A stretch of 64,000 nucleotides of DNA, taken from Ranitomeya imitator (taxonomy: Eukaryota). A program made the translations under genes and the position numbers. Of this stretch, positions 1 to 12,735 are shown in pieces. Under the pieces are notes generated by a model, which was not told where the DNA came from, ran no database searches, and saw nothing but the letters and a program-made list of their open reading frames with translations. The stretch spans positions 142,786,001 to 142,850,000 of the forward strand of contig NC_091290.1 in assembly GCF_032444005.1 (NCBI RefSeq). The letters run 5' to 3'. The stretch's first letter is position 1. Each line of letters opens with the position of its first letter.

Positions 1-1412
1 TATTCTGCTGGTGCAGTCACTGTGTACATACATTACTGATCCTGAGTTACATCCTGTATTATACCCCAGAGCTGCACTCACTATTCTGCTGGTGCAGTCA
101 CTGTGTACATACATTACATTACTGATCCTGAGTTACATCCTGTATTATACTCCAGAGCTGCACTCACTATTCTGCTGGTGCAGTCACTGTGTACATACAT
201 TACATTACTGATCCTGAGTTATATCCTGTATTATACCCCAGAGCTGCACTCACTATTCTGCTGGTGCAGTCACTGTGTACATACATTACTGATCCTGAGT
301 TACATCCTGTATTATACCCCAGAGCTGCACTCACTATTCTGCTGGTGCAGTCACTGTGTACATACATTACTGATCCTGAGTTACATCCTGTATTATACCC
401 CAGAGCTGCACTCACTATTCTGCTGGTGCAGTCACTGTGTACATACATTACATTACTGATCCTGAGTTACATCCTGTATTATACTCCAGAGCTGCACTCA
501 CTATTCTGCTGGTGCAGTCACTGTGTACATACATTACATTACTGATCCTGAGTTACCTCCTGTATTATACTCCAGAGCTGCACTCACTATTCTGCTGGTG
601 AAGTCACTGTGTACATACATTACATTACTGATCCTGAGTTACATCCTGCATTATACCCCAGAGCTGCACTCACTATTCTGCTGGTGCAGTCACTGTGTAC
701 ATACATTACATTACTGATCCTGAGTTACCTCCTGTATTATACTCCAGAGCTGCACTCACTATTCTGCTGGTGCAGTCACTGTGTACATACATTACATTAC
801 TGATCCTGAGTTACATCCTGTATTATACTCCAGAGCTGCACTCACTATTCTGCTGGTGCAGTCACTGTGTACATACATTACATTACTGATCCTGAGTTAC
901 ATCCTGTATTATACCCCAGAGCTGCCCTCACTATTCTGCTGCTGCAGTCACTGTGTACATACATTACATTACTGATCCTGAGTTACATCCTGTATTATAC
1001 TCCAGAGCTGCACTCACTATTCTGCTGGTGCAGTCACTGTGTACATACATTACATTACTGATCCTGAGTTACATCCTGTATTATACCCCAGAGCTGCACT
1101 CACTATTCTGCTGGTGCAGTCACCGTGTATATACATTACATTACTGATCCTGAGTTACATCCTGTATTATACTCCAGAGCTGCACTCACTATTCTGCTGG
1201 TGCAGTCACTGTGTACATACATTACATTACTGATCCTGCGTTACATCCTGTATTATACTCCAGAGCTGCACTCACTATTCTGCTGGTGCAGTCACTGTGT
1301 ACATACATTACATTACTGATCCTGCGTTACATCCTGTATTATACCCCAGAGCTGCACTCACTATTCTGCTGGTGCAGTCACTGTGTACATACATTACTGA
1401 CCCTGAGTTACA
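1..1412 (+). repeat. 86-bp (81-bp variant) tandem satellite array in POP4 intron 1; runs off the left edge
   Basis: The unit cagagctgcactcactattctgctggtgcagtcactgtgtacatacattacattactgatcctgagttacatcctgtattatactc repeats about 16-17 times. ORF starts in the track recur every 86 nt (523, 609, 695, 781, 867...). The 81-bp variant lacks one 'catta'. Confidence 0.97.
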
Positions 1413-1577
1413 TGATGACTGAGCACAGTTTATCACAGGTCTGTGGTGGCCGGATGCTGATGGAGTGTTCACCAGTGGGACCAGTGACCGGACGTCCTCC
1501 GGGTGGCGCTCCTCTTACATGGGGCTGTGACATTTGTGGCTTAGACATAATCTTGTTGTTTTCTCCTTCGTCTCCAG

Positions 1578-4500
1578 ATGTCATCTACCAGAAGTTGTCT
1601 CCGAGTGAGTCCCGAGATCTGGGGTTAGAGGTAGGATATAGTGACACCATGATTGTCGCCACTACTACTCCCATCAGAGTGGTCTGCCAGACTGGTGAGC
1701 CGCGGATCCGCCTAGTTACATCCTCCGCCCATTGCCACTGAGGATGTAGGAAGCTGAGCGCCGCCCCCGCGAGATCCCAGATATCTGTACGGCATGGCAG
1801 TATATGGCGGCATTACAGCGCAGATCCTGCAGCCCTGACCGTCCGTTATTGCAGGCGCAGAGCAGCCAGAAGTCGGAGGCGTTTGTGAAATCCTTCCTAC
1901 GGCGCTGCGTCCCCTCTCTGGAGAACGTGGATGAGTTCCTGGGTAGGAAAGCGCTGGCGCTGGAGCACGAGCAGAAGAAGAAGACACGAAAGAGGCACAA
2001 GGCGAAGGGTTTCACAGCCAAGGAGCGCAGGGAGCTGAAACTGTTCAGGATCAACCCGGATCAGCAGAGGTGGAGTATGTGTGCGGAGTCATGTGCCCGC
2101 GACCTGCCGTCACCGCGCCCGCTAACCTCTGCCCTCCTCCCATACAGGTATCACATGTACCTCCCGCTTCACCAGCTGTGGAAGCAGTACATCCGAGATC
2201 TGTGCAACGGGCTGCGGCCGGGCACGTGAGTACCCCGAAGTGTCAGCCCCTGAGCCCGACGGTTCGGATAAAGCAAGGAAATGGCATGGCTGCTGTCTTC
2301 CACCTACAGCGCCACTTCTCATACATTGGCGGCCTGTAGTTGGGCGCTGATACCCTCGTGGCCTGTAGTTGGGCGCTGATACCCTCGCGGCCTGTAGATG
2401 GGCGCTGATACCCTCGTGGCCTGTAGATGGGCGCTGATACACTCGCGGCCTGTAGTTGGGCGCTGATACCCTCGTGGCCTGTAGATTGGCGCTGATACTC
2501 TCGCGGCCTGTAGATGGGCGCTGATACACTCGCGGCCTGTAGATTGGCGCTGATACTCTCGCGGCCTGTAGTTGGGCGCTGATACCCTCGCGGCCTGTAG
2601 ATGGGCGCTGATACCCTCGTGGCCTGTAGATGGGCGCTGATACTCTCGCGGCCTGTAGATTGGCGCTGATACTCTCGCGGCCTGTAGATGGGCGCTGATA
2701 CTCTCGCGGCCTGTAGATGGGCGCTGATACTCTCGCGGCCTGTAGATGGGCGCTGATACTCTCGCGGCCTGTAGATGGGCGCTGATACTCTCGCGGCCTG
2801 TAGATGGGCGCTGATACTCTCGCGGCCTGTAGATGGGCGCTGATACTTTCGCGGCCTGTAGATGGGCGCTGATACTCTCGCGGCCTGTAGATGGGCGCTG
2901 ATACTCTCGCGGCCTGTAGATGGGCGCTGATACTCTCGCGGCCTGTAGATTGGCGCTGATACTCTCGCGGCCTGTAGATTGGCGCTGATACTCTCGCGGC
3001 CTGTAGATTGGCGCTGATACTCTCGCGGCCTGTAGATGGGCGCTGATACTCTCGCGGCCTGTAGATGGGCGCTGATACTCTCGCGGCCTGTAGATGGGCG
3101 CTGATACTCTCGCGGCCTGTAGATGGGCGCTGATACTCTCGCGGCCTGTAGATGGGCGCTGATACTCTCGCGGCCTGTAGATGGGCGCTGATACTCTCGC
3201 GGCCTGTAGATGGGCGCTGATACTCTCGCGGCCTGTAGATGGGCGCTGATACTCTCGCGGCCTGTAGATGGGCGCTGATACTCTCGCGGCCTGTAGATGG
3301 GCGCTGATACTCTCGCGGCCTGTAGATGGGCGCTGATACTCTCGCGGCCTGTAGATGGGCGCTGATACTCTCGCGGCCTGTAGATTGGCGCTGATACTCT
3401 CGCGGCCTGTAGATGGGCGCTGATACTCTCGCGGCCTGTAGATGGGCGCTGATACCCTCGCGGCCTGTAGATGGGCGCTGATACCCTCGCGGCCTGTAGA
3501 TGGGCGCTGATACCCTCGCGGCCTGTAGATGGGCGCTGATACCCTCGCGGCCTGTAGATGGGCGCTGATACCCTCGCGGCCTGTAGATGGGCGCTGATAC
3601 CCTCGCGGCCTGTAGATGGGCGCTGATACCCTCGCGGCCTGTAGATGGGCGCTGATACCCTCGCGGCCTGTAGATGGGCGCTGATACCCTCGCGGCCTGT
3701 AGATGGGCGCTGATACCCTCGCGGCCTGTAGATGGGCGCTGATACCCTCGCGGCCTGTAGATGGGCGCTGATACCCTCGCGGCCTGTAGATGGGCGCTGA
3801 TACCCTCGCGGCCTGTAGATGGGCGCTGATACCCTCGCGGCCTGTAGATGGGCGCTGATACCCTCGCGGCCTGTAGATGGGCGCTGATACCCTCGCGGCC
3901 TGTAGATGGGCGCTGATACACTCGCGGCCTGTAGATGGGCGCTGATACACTCGCGGCCTGTAGATGGGCGCTGATACACTCGCGGCCTGTAGATGGGCGC
4001 TGATACCCTCGCGGCCTGTAGATGGGCGCTGATACCCTCGCGGCCTGTAGATGGGCGCTGATACACTCGCGGCCTGTAGATGGGCGCTGATACACTCGCG
4101 GCCTGTAGATGGGCGCTGATACCCTCGCGGCCTGTAGTTGGGCGCTGATACCCTCGCGGCCTGTAGATGGGCGCTGATACACTCGCGGCCTGTAGATGGG
4201 CGCTGATACTCTCGCGGCCTGTAGATGGGCGCTGATACTCTCGCGGCCTGTAGATGGGCGCTGATACTCTCGCGGCCTGTAGTTGGGCGCTGATACTCTC
4301 GCGGCCTGTAGATGGGCGCTGATACACTCGCGGCCTGTAGTTGGGCGCTGATACACTCGCGGCCTGTAGTTGGGCGCTGATACTCTCGCGGCCTGTAGTT
4401 GGGCGCTGATACACTCGCGGCCTGTAGTTGGGCGCTGATACTCTCGCGGCCTGTAGATGGGCGCTGATACACTCGCGGCCTGTAGATTGGCGCTGATACC

Positions 4501-6944
4501 CTCGCGGCCTGTAGTTGGGCGCTGATACCCTCGCGGCCTGTAGATGGGCGCTGATACACTCGCGGCCTGTAGATGGGCGCTGATACTCTCGCGGCCTGTA
4601 GATGGGCGCTGATACTCTCGCGGCCTGTAGATGGGCGCTGATACTCTCGCGGCCTGTAGTTGGGCGCTGATACTCTCGCGGCCTGTAGATGGGCGCTGAT
4701 ACACTCGCGGCCTGTAGTTGGGCGCTGATACACTCGCGGCCTGTAGATGGGCGCTGATACACTCGCGGCCTGTAGATGGGCGCTGATACCCTCGCGGCCT
4801 GTAGATGGGCGCTGATACCCTCGCGGCCTGTAGATGGGCGCTGATACTCTCGCGGCCTGTAGATTGGCGCTGATACCCTCGCGGCCTGTAGTTGGGCGCT
4901 GATACCCTCGCGGCCTGTAGATGGGCGCTGATACACTCGCGGCCTGTAGATGGGCGCTGATACTCTCGCGGCCTGTAGATGGGCGCTGATACTCTCGCGG
5001 CCTGTAGATGGGCGCTGATACTCTCGCGGCCTGTAGTTGGGCGCTGATACACTCGCGGCCTGTAGATGGGCGCTGATACACTCGCGGCCTGTAGATTGGC
5101 GCTGATACCCTCGCGGCCTGTAGTTGGGCGCTGATACCCTCGCGGCCTGTAGTTGGGCGCTGATACACTCGCGGCCTGTAGTTGGGCGCTGATACTCTCG
5201 CGGCCTGTAGTTGGGCGCTGATACACTCGCGGCCTGTAGTTGGGCGCTGATACTCTCGCGGCCTGTAGATTGGCGCTGATACCCTCGCGGCCTGTAGTTG
5301 GGCGCTGATACCCTCGCGGCCTGTAGATGGGCGCTGATACACTCGCGGCCTGTAGATGGGCGCTGATACTCTCGCGGCCTGTAGATGGGCGCTGATACTC
5401 TCGCGGCCTGTAGATGGGCGCTGATACTCTCGCGGCCTGTAGTTGGGCGCTGATACTCTCGCGGCCTGTAGATGGGCGCTGATACACTCGCGGCCTGTAG
5501 TTGGGCGCTGATACCCTCGCGGCCTGTAGTTGGGCGCTGATACACTCGCGGCCTGTAGATGGGCGCTGATACCCTCGCGGCCTGTAGATGGGCGCTGATA
5601 CCCTCGCGGCCTGTAGATGGGCGCTGATACCCTCGCGGCCTGTAGATGGGCGCTGATACCCTCGCGGCCTGTAGATGGGCGCTGATACACTCGCGGCCTG
5701 TAGATGGGCGCTGATACCCTCGCGGCCTGTAGTTGGGCGCTGATACACTCGCGGCCTGTAGATGGGCGCTGATACTCTCGCGGCCTGTAGATAACTCGTC
5801 CCTGCTGTAGGTGATGTACCCCCCACACTCTTCCTCACTATTGATATCGGTGTCTTTAGACAAACACAGATGATCCAGAGCAAGATCCTGAAGGCCGATC
5901 TACACGGAGCCGCAGTGACAGGTTAGAGCCGGCCGCCGACCCGATCCTGTGTCATCATGTGTGATACCGTGTATCTAGTACTGGTGTGTGATACACGCTG
6001 AGCAGACATGACGGCATCCTATCGTGTGTTATACTGTCTGGTGTATCCAAGCCTAGAATGTGTGATGCGGTCTCCTGATGTAATGTATCCAAGCCCCGTG
6101 TATATATGTTAATGTGATGTATCCAAGCCAATCATGTGCGGTACTATCTGCTGAGCTAAACATTTAATCCTATAGGTTGTATCTAAGCATATTGTGTGCT
6201 ATTCTCTCTTGTGACGGTGTATTGATCCCGTCTGCATAGCCGGTGTATCTAAGCCTGGCATGTGTGATACGCCCTCAGTACTTCCCCATCATGTATGGCC
6301 GTCGGTGGCGCAGGCCTCACTCTGTTTTTGCCTCTCAGACTTTCTTTTTTTTTTCTTTTTGTGGCCGAAGTGTTTAAGTCGAAATGTCCGTCGTACGTGG
6401 GACTCGCAGGGATCATCTTACAGGAGTCCAAACACGTCTTCAAGATCATCACCGAGGAGGATAAACTGAAAGGTACGAGGGGTGTGGTCAGGAAATCCTC
6501 AATTTAAAGGGACTGCGGGATAGGAGTCCAGGACCCTTGTTCTAGAGATGGTGGTTGGGGGGGGGTGTCTCAGGCTTAAAGCGCCTGCGGGTTTGTTGGT
6601 GGCTTTGACCTCCATTATCCACACATATAAGTACAGTATCTCTGACCGTCCGTCACTGCGATGACATCACCTAGAAGACGGCCGGAACGTGGCGTCCTCC
6701 CGGCGACCGCAGCAGTAGCTCCAGACACTTCATCTGGGGTCTCATTTCCTGTTCTTAATTTACCGGGGGCTCGCTGCTACTTTTTTTTTTTTTTCCCCTC
6801 CTTATAGTCGTTCCCAAGTTGAACTGCGTCTTCAGCGTGGAAATTGACGGCTTTATCACCTACATCTACGGGAGCAAGCTGCAGATGAGAGCCAGCGAGC
6901 GTTCCGCCAAGAAGTTCAAAGCCAAAGGAAGCATCGACCTGTGA
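1578..6944 (+). CDS. POP4: Ribonuclease P/MRP subunit p29 (POP4), 5'-partial. Coding exons 1578-1630, 1855-2069, 2148-2225, 5860-5921, 6371-6472, 6808-6944
   Basis: Spliced translation: (D)VIYQKLSPSESRDLGLE|AQSSQKSEAFVKSFLRR...KLFRINPDQQR|YHMYLPLHQLWKQYIRDLCNGLRPGT|QTQMIQSKILKADLHGAAVT|VFKSKCPSYVGLAGIILQESKHVFKIITEEDKLK|VVPKLNCVFSVEIDGFITYIYGSKLQMRASERSAKKFKAKGSIDL*. This matches the recalled human POP4. All introns are GT-AG with consistent phases, and exon sizes are 53/215/78/62/102/137. The short ATG exon was not found and probably lies upstream of the window. Confidence 0.96.
2331..5792 (+). repeat. 29-bp CpG-rich minisatellite (~119 copies) filling POP4 intron 4
   Basis: The unit is gggcgctgata[c/t/a variant]ctcgcggcctgtagat. 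The minus strand has no stop triplet, which produces the three 1,100-1,250-aa repetitive ORFs in the track. Confidence 0.98.
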
Positions 6945-8829
6945 CCACGCCATAAAGGTAAGATGACACCCCGACGTATCCCCCGCCATTTACTGTTCAT
7001 TCTGATGGTGTCGATTTTGTATTTTTCATTTCTATTATCAGTTTTTTTGCATAAATTTTTATTTTTTACTTTCTAATTTTCCACGTTTTTGTGTACTACT
7101 CTTTTTTTATTTTCTTAAACACTTACCACTTTTAAATGTTTTTTTTTATCCATTTTTTTCTTAACCTTGTTTTTTATTTTCTCTATATATCTACATTATC
7201 TATCATCTATTTATTATCTATCTATTATCTATCAATTATCCATCTATTTTCCTTCTATCTATCTATATATAAATTTTTATTTTTTTTCAAGTTTACTTTC
7301 TAGGTTTTTTTTTTTTTTGTTTGCAAACATTTTCCATGTTTTTGTTTACTACCTTTTACCTATGTAGTTTGTTGTGAGAACCTTTCCTTTTTATATTGAC
7401 GGGTTCTCATTTTCTTTTTTTTTTTTTTTTTTTTCTGGTTTCTTCACTGTTCTTCATATTTTTTTTTTTTTTTTTTTGTATCCATTTTGTTTTACATATT
7501 TTATCTTTAAAGCTTTTATACTACTGCCCGTTTTTGTTTTTTTTTTTCTTCTAAGCTCTTAATTTATATTTGTATACATAAATAACAAACCAATTCTATA
7601 TACCATAACTTTCTTTTTAATTCACTAATTTATTTTTATTTTACTGTCAATCATTTCTATACTTTTTTTTTTTTTTCCTCTAGTTTTTATATTTGTGTGT
7701 TCACTATTTATTTTTTTTAATTTTTTTTTTATGTTTTAACTTTTTTTTTTTTTTTCCTTTTTGTCTTATGTAGATATGTGGAAAAGGCCCCTTCTGAAAA
7801 TCCCTACAGCTGTCTTGGAGTAATCTCGTCCGTGCTGCGGCTTTTGGGCGCATTTCAGGGGCCGCTGCAATTGAGTAATGATGGAACTGGCGTATAACTA
7901 ATAACTCCCACCAAAGTAAAGCATTTTTATTTCCTGGAGATGACACATAATATCCTGTGCCATTAAACTGCTGCCTTGCTTTACGACGTCCTAAAATGTT
8001 TGGAATGTAAGAATGTTCTGTGTTCTAATAAGAAGCAAAGAGCGAAAATTTAAAGGGCCGAATCTCGGCTGCCGCCGCTAATGAGGGGCGCGAGGAGGCG
8101 GGCGGATCCCAAGAAGCAATTAGCCGCGGCCGGAGATTTAGTGCCGCACAGCTAAAATTAAATGTGGAATAAGATGATTTTTTTTGTTTTTACTTTAACT
8201 CCTTATATATTTATACCATTTTTTTTTTCTTTATATTGCGCTGATTGTAAATTTTTTTTTTTTTTCCTTTTGTTAATATACGAGGAAAATACAATCCTCT
8301 CGTATAATAAGGGGATTGAAGTGTGACTGAAATAAAAATGTATTTATGCAATAGAACTGTTCATTTTCTGTTGGATTTTTTTTATACTAATTTTATTAAA
8401 GTTTTATTTTATTTTATTTATTTTTTTTAAACTTTTGTGATTTTTTTTTATTTTTATTTTTTTTTTATTATTATTTTGGTGAAATATCCAAACAAAAGTA
8501 AAAAAAATTGTTTAGCAGCTATCCTAAAGAAAGGTGCTGAATGTATAATCAATGAGGGGGGGAGCTGCCTGCCGATCACTAGAACAAGAGGATGGGGTGG
8601 GATACAGGGGGGTCTGATTGGAGCTGTGGGCACGCATCTGCTCTACTGCTACAATCAGTCTCCCCCAGTGATCAGACCCTCACCAGTATAGTATATTTCA
8701 TGGACTGGTGATGAGAAGTAACAGCTGGAGTACCCCTGTAATGTATTACTAATAATCACCCAGCTTTCCCAGAGTCCTGCACTGCTTTTGTATGCTGAAA
8801 TATGGAGTTCTGTCATGCTTGCCAATAAC

Positions 8830-10085
8830 CTGAGAGCGGGTCTGTGAGAGGGTGGCTGTGAGAGGGTGGCTGTGAGAGCAGGGCTGTGAGAGCAGGGCTG
8901 TGAGAGCGAGGCTGTGAGCAGAGTTGTGAGAGCGGGGCTGTGAGAGCGTGGCTGTGAGAGCGAGGCTGTGAGAACAGGGCTGTGAGAGCGAGGCTGTGAG
9001 AGCGAGGCTGTGAACAGGGCTGTGAGCGAGGCTGTGAGAGCGAGGCTGTGAGAGCAGAGCTGTGAGAACAGGGCTGTGAGAGCGAGGCTGTGAGAGCGAG
9101 GCTGTGAGAGCGAGGCTGTGAGAGCGAGGCTGTGAGAGCAGAGCTGTGAGAACAGGGCTGTGAGCGAGGCTGTGAGAGCAGAGCTGTGAGAGCGAGGCTG
9201 TGAGAACAGGGCTGTGAGCGAGGCTGTGAGAGCAGGGCTGTGAGAGCAGGGCTGTGAGAGCGAGGCTGTGAGCGTGGCTGTGAGAGCGAGGCTGTGAGAG
9301 CAGGGCTGTGAGAGCAGGGCTGTGAGAGCGAGGCTGTGAGAGCGAGGCTGTGAGAACAGGGCTGTGAGCGAGGCTGTGAGAGCAGAGCTGTGAGAGCGAG
9401 GCTGTGAGAGCGAGGCTGTGAGCGAGGCTGTGAGAGCAGGGCTGTGAGAGCAGGGCTGTGAGAGCGTGGCTGTGAGAGCAGAGTTGTGAGAGCGGGGCTG
9501 TGAGAGCGTGGCTGTGAGAGCGAGGCTGTGAGCGAGGCTGTGAGAGCAGAGCTGTGAGAGCGAGGCTGTGAGAACAGGGCTGTGAGCGAGGCTGTGAGAG
9601 CGAGGCTGTGAGAACAGGGCTGTGAGCGAGGCTGTGAGAGCAGGGCTGTGTGAGCGAGGCTGTGAGAGCAGGGCTGTGAGAGCAGGGCTGTGAGAGCGAG
9701 GCTCTGAGAGCAGAGCTGTGAGAGCGAGAGCAGAGCTGTGAGAGCGAGGCTGTGAGAGCAGGGCTGTGAGAGCGAGGCTGTGAGAGCAGAGCTGTGAGAG
9801 CGAGGCTGTGAGAGCAGGGCTGTGAGAGCAGGGCTGTGAGAGCGAGGCTCTGAGAGCAGAGCTGTGAGAGCGAGAGCAGAGCTGTGAGAGCGAGGCTGTG
9901 AGAGCAGGGCTGTGAGAGCAGGGCTGTGAGAGCAGAGCTGTGAGAGCAGAGCTGTGAGAGCGAGGCTGTGAGAGCGAGGCTGTGAGAGCGAGGCTGTGAG
10001 AGCAGGGCTGTGAGAGCAGGGCTGTGAGAGCAGGGCTGTGAGAGCGAGGCTGTGAGAGCGAGGCTGTGAGAGCAGAGTTGTGAGT
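8830..10085 (+). repeat. ~14-bp minisatellite (gctgtgagagcgag / gctgtgagagcagg and shorter variants)
   Basis: Visible tandem iteration of gctgtgagagc plus 3-nt variants. It explains the SLALTASLSQP-type ORFs on the minus strand. Confidence 0.95.
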
Positions 10086-11389
10086 CATGCCCACATCTAG
10101 GGGATATTGTGGAGGAAATAGCCATCCTCTATGTCTTTGGGATCTTCTCACCCTCCTCGCGATCTTCTCGCCCTCTGTGATACTAGAAATAATTGCGCTG
10201 ACTGGTCTCTTTCTGGCCATAAATGAGGAAGCAAGCGCGCGTGTCTACTGTCGTGGAACGTCCCGGGCTTCCTACCGCTGCCCCACAGGACCTGACCACT
10301 ATGAGGAAATCTGACACCATAAAAGGAGAATTCGGAACATCTCAAAAGATTCACCGGATCGACTCTTAAAGGGCCAGTATACGCCAAATTGTGAGATGGG
10401 TCATTAAAGGGATATTGTCTAGAAAGGAAATGTCCTATTGTATGTATAAAGTAAGCCTTCAAATCCAAGAATTAATCATTTTAACAAGTTCGGGGCATAA
10501 GTTTGTGCCCCCTTATTCCCCCTATTCCTTCATGTGCACAATTAATTTATAAAACTTTTTCAAACGTGATTGAAATGCCTGCAGGACCGGCCGATATTTC
10601 CCCTGTATTTTATGAAGTATTTTATGTTGGTGTGGAATATGGATCTTTATCCAATGTCGGTTTTCCCAGATCAGTAGCATTACAGCGTGTGGCCACCGGA
10701 GGGCAGCAGAGTTGCCACTCTCATCTCTGCAGAAGAAACTTGTTCCGCAGCCTATAATAATCCAAAAAGAGACAAATATTTGCCTAGAAATTCTGAATAT
10801 CTCCCCCCCACCCCAATCCTCCCCTTAAAAATAAAACGGGTTTTCAGCTTTCCAATGACCCTGAAGGGGCCTTGCCCCTTTTTTTTTTTCCCCCATGAAC
10901 CAGGAAGCCCAGGATGGACACAGATATTGCCTTTTTTTCTTCAGGGCAATGCCTGGAGCTAAATAAAGTTTGTCACCACCAATAATCCATTAAACTAAAT
11001 GGGGGCCCCTGAGCAGATCCCCTTTATAGAGGCCCGATGCTCCCTCTGCTCATTTGTATCCGGCCGTATATTCTGTGTCTTTCTCCTTTCATGAAAAGGA
11101 TGCGGCGAGCTTACAGTTGAGACATACCTTGCAAGACGACTATTTCTTCATGCCCACATTATAGTCAGACTTACCCAGAAATAACGAGGCAAGAAAGGAA
11201 ACTTTCCAAATCATAAACTCACGGAAAAAAAAAGGCTATTATTCCCTGTTATCAGCCACTTCATGGGAAAGATAATCATCACTTTGTCACACGTCCCCAG
11301 TTATTAAAAACGAACACTTCACATCGATATTAGCTGTAACATATAATCTCCTCACCTCCGCAGGTAATTTTGTAAAAATGACTGACAGT

Positions 11390-12735
11390 CGGGGGTGTAA
11401 CGATCGCGGGCCCCTTCCTGGTATAATGTCCCCCATCACGGGTACTTTTTCCGTTCTTCTCCAACACATATTTTACTTTCCCGACCCCCATGAGGTGCGG
11501 CGTCCTCCTCCATCTGACCAGTCGGCAGAATTAATTGCGATGCAGGGAGCCGGCGGTCTCATGTCCGCTGAATGTGACGTACATCCAGGTGAAGTAGGTC
11601 CTGTTGCCCAGAGAACAGGACCCACTTCACCTGGATGTACGTCATGTTCAGCGGACTTGAAACCGCCGGCTCCCTGCATCGCAGTAAATACTACCGACCG
11701 GTCAGACGGAGGAGGACACCGCATGTAATGGGGGCCGGGAAGGTAAAAATAATCATTTGCATCTTTAATATGTGTTGGAGAATAACAGAAAGGACCTGTG
11801 ATGGGGGACATTATACCAGGAAGGGGCCCAGGATGGGGGATATTATTACTGGAAGGGGACAGGATGGAGGACACTGTTATTGGAAGGGGCCCAGTATGGG
11901 GGACTTTATACCAGGAAGGGGACAGTATTACTGGAAGGGGCCCAGGATGGGGGGGCATTATTACTGGAAGGGGACAGGATGGAGGACATTGTTATTGGAA
12001 GGGGCCCAGTATGGGGGACTTTATACCAGGAAGGAGGCACTATTATTGCAAGGGCCCAGGATGGGGGACAGTATTACTGGAAGGGGCCCAGGATGGGGGA
12101 CAGTATTACTGGAAGGGGCCCAGGATAGGGGGGGCATTATTACTGGAAGGGGACAGGATGGAGGACATTGTTATTGGAAGGGGCCCAGTATGGGGGACTT
12201 TATACCAGGAAGGAGGCATTATTATTGCAAGGGCCCAGGATCGGGGACAGTATTACTGGAAGGGGCCCAGGATGGGGGATATTATTACTGGAAGGGGACA
12301 GGATGGAGGACACTTATTGGAAGGGGCCCAGTATGGGGGGCTTTATACCAGGAAGGAGGCATTATTATTGCAAGAGCCCAGGATGGGGACAGTATTACTA
12401 GAAGGGACCCAGGATGGGGGGCATTATTACTGGAAGGGGACAGGATGGAGGACATTGTTATTGGAAGGGGCCCAGTATGGGGGATGTTATACCAGGAAGG
12501 GGGCCTTATTACTGCAAGGGCCCAGGATGGGGGACAGTATTAATGGAAGGAGCACAGGATTGGGGATATTATTATAGGAAGGGACCAGGATGGGGGACAT
12601 TGTTACATGGGGGCTGAACATTCATGTTTTTAGGATCTAGAATGTTACAAGGGCCCATACATTTGACCAATATGCAGGTGGGAGCCCAGGTCCAAATATT
12701 GCACTGGGGCCCATCAGACTGTAGTTACGCCCCTG
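11390..12735. mobile_element. Non-autonomous hAT-type DNA element with an internal ~420-bp fold-back and a 31-32-bp tandem array
   Basis: Termini are CGGGGGTGTAAC (11390) and GTTACGCCCCTG (12735; reverse complement CAGGGGCGTAAC), a 10/12 match. The 8-bp flanks ctgacagt / gtgacaga are 6/8 identical, consistent with a decayed hAT TSD. An inverted repeat spans 11408-11829. Tandem ggaaggggcccaggatgggggacattattact units span ~11800-12600. Confidence 0.7.

Noticed and set aside
1578-1628. ATG at 1578 as the POP4 start
   Set aside because: That frame stops at TAG within the exon. The POP4 frame is offset and the ATG directly follows a splice acceptor.
2331-5792. CTCF-like look of cctgtagatgggcgct in the 29-mer
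   Set aside because: It needs a 1-nt deletion plus a mismatch to fit the core, so it is much weaker than the 57-bp array motif.
2122-5883. Three 1,169-1,253-aa minus-strand ORFs
   Set aside because: They are translations of the 29-bp array, which lacks stop triplets on that strand. All three frames give the same peptide, and the array lies in a POP4 intron.
8655-10220. 521-aa and 458-aa Ser/Leu/Ala-rich ORFs
   Set aside because: They are products of the 14-bp minisatellite with no domain content.
11635-12577. Gly-rich 302-aa and 259-aa ORFs
   Set aside because: They translate the tandem array inside the hAT-type element and carry no transposase motifs.
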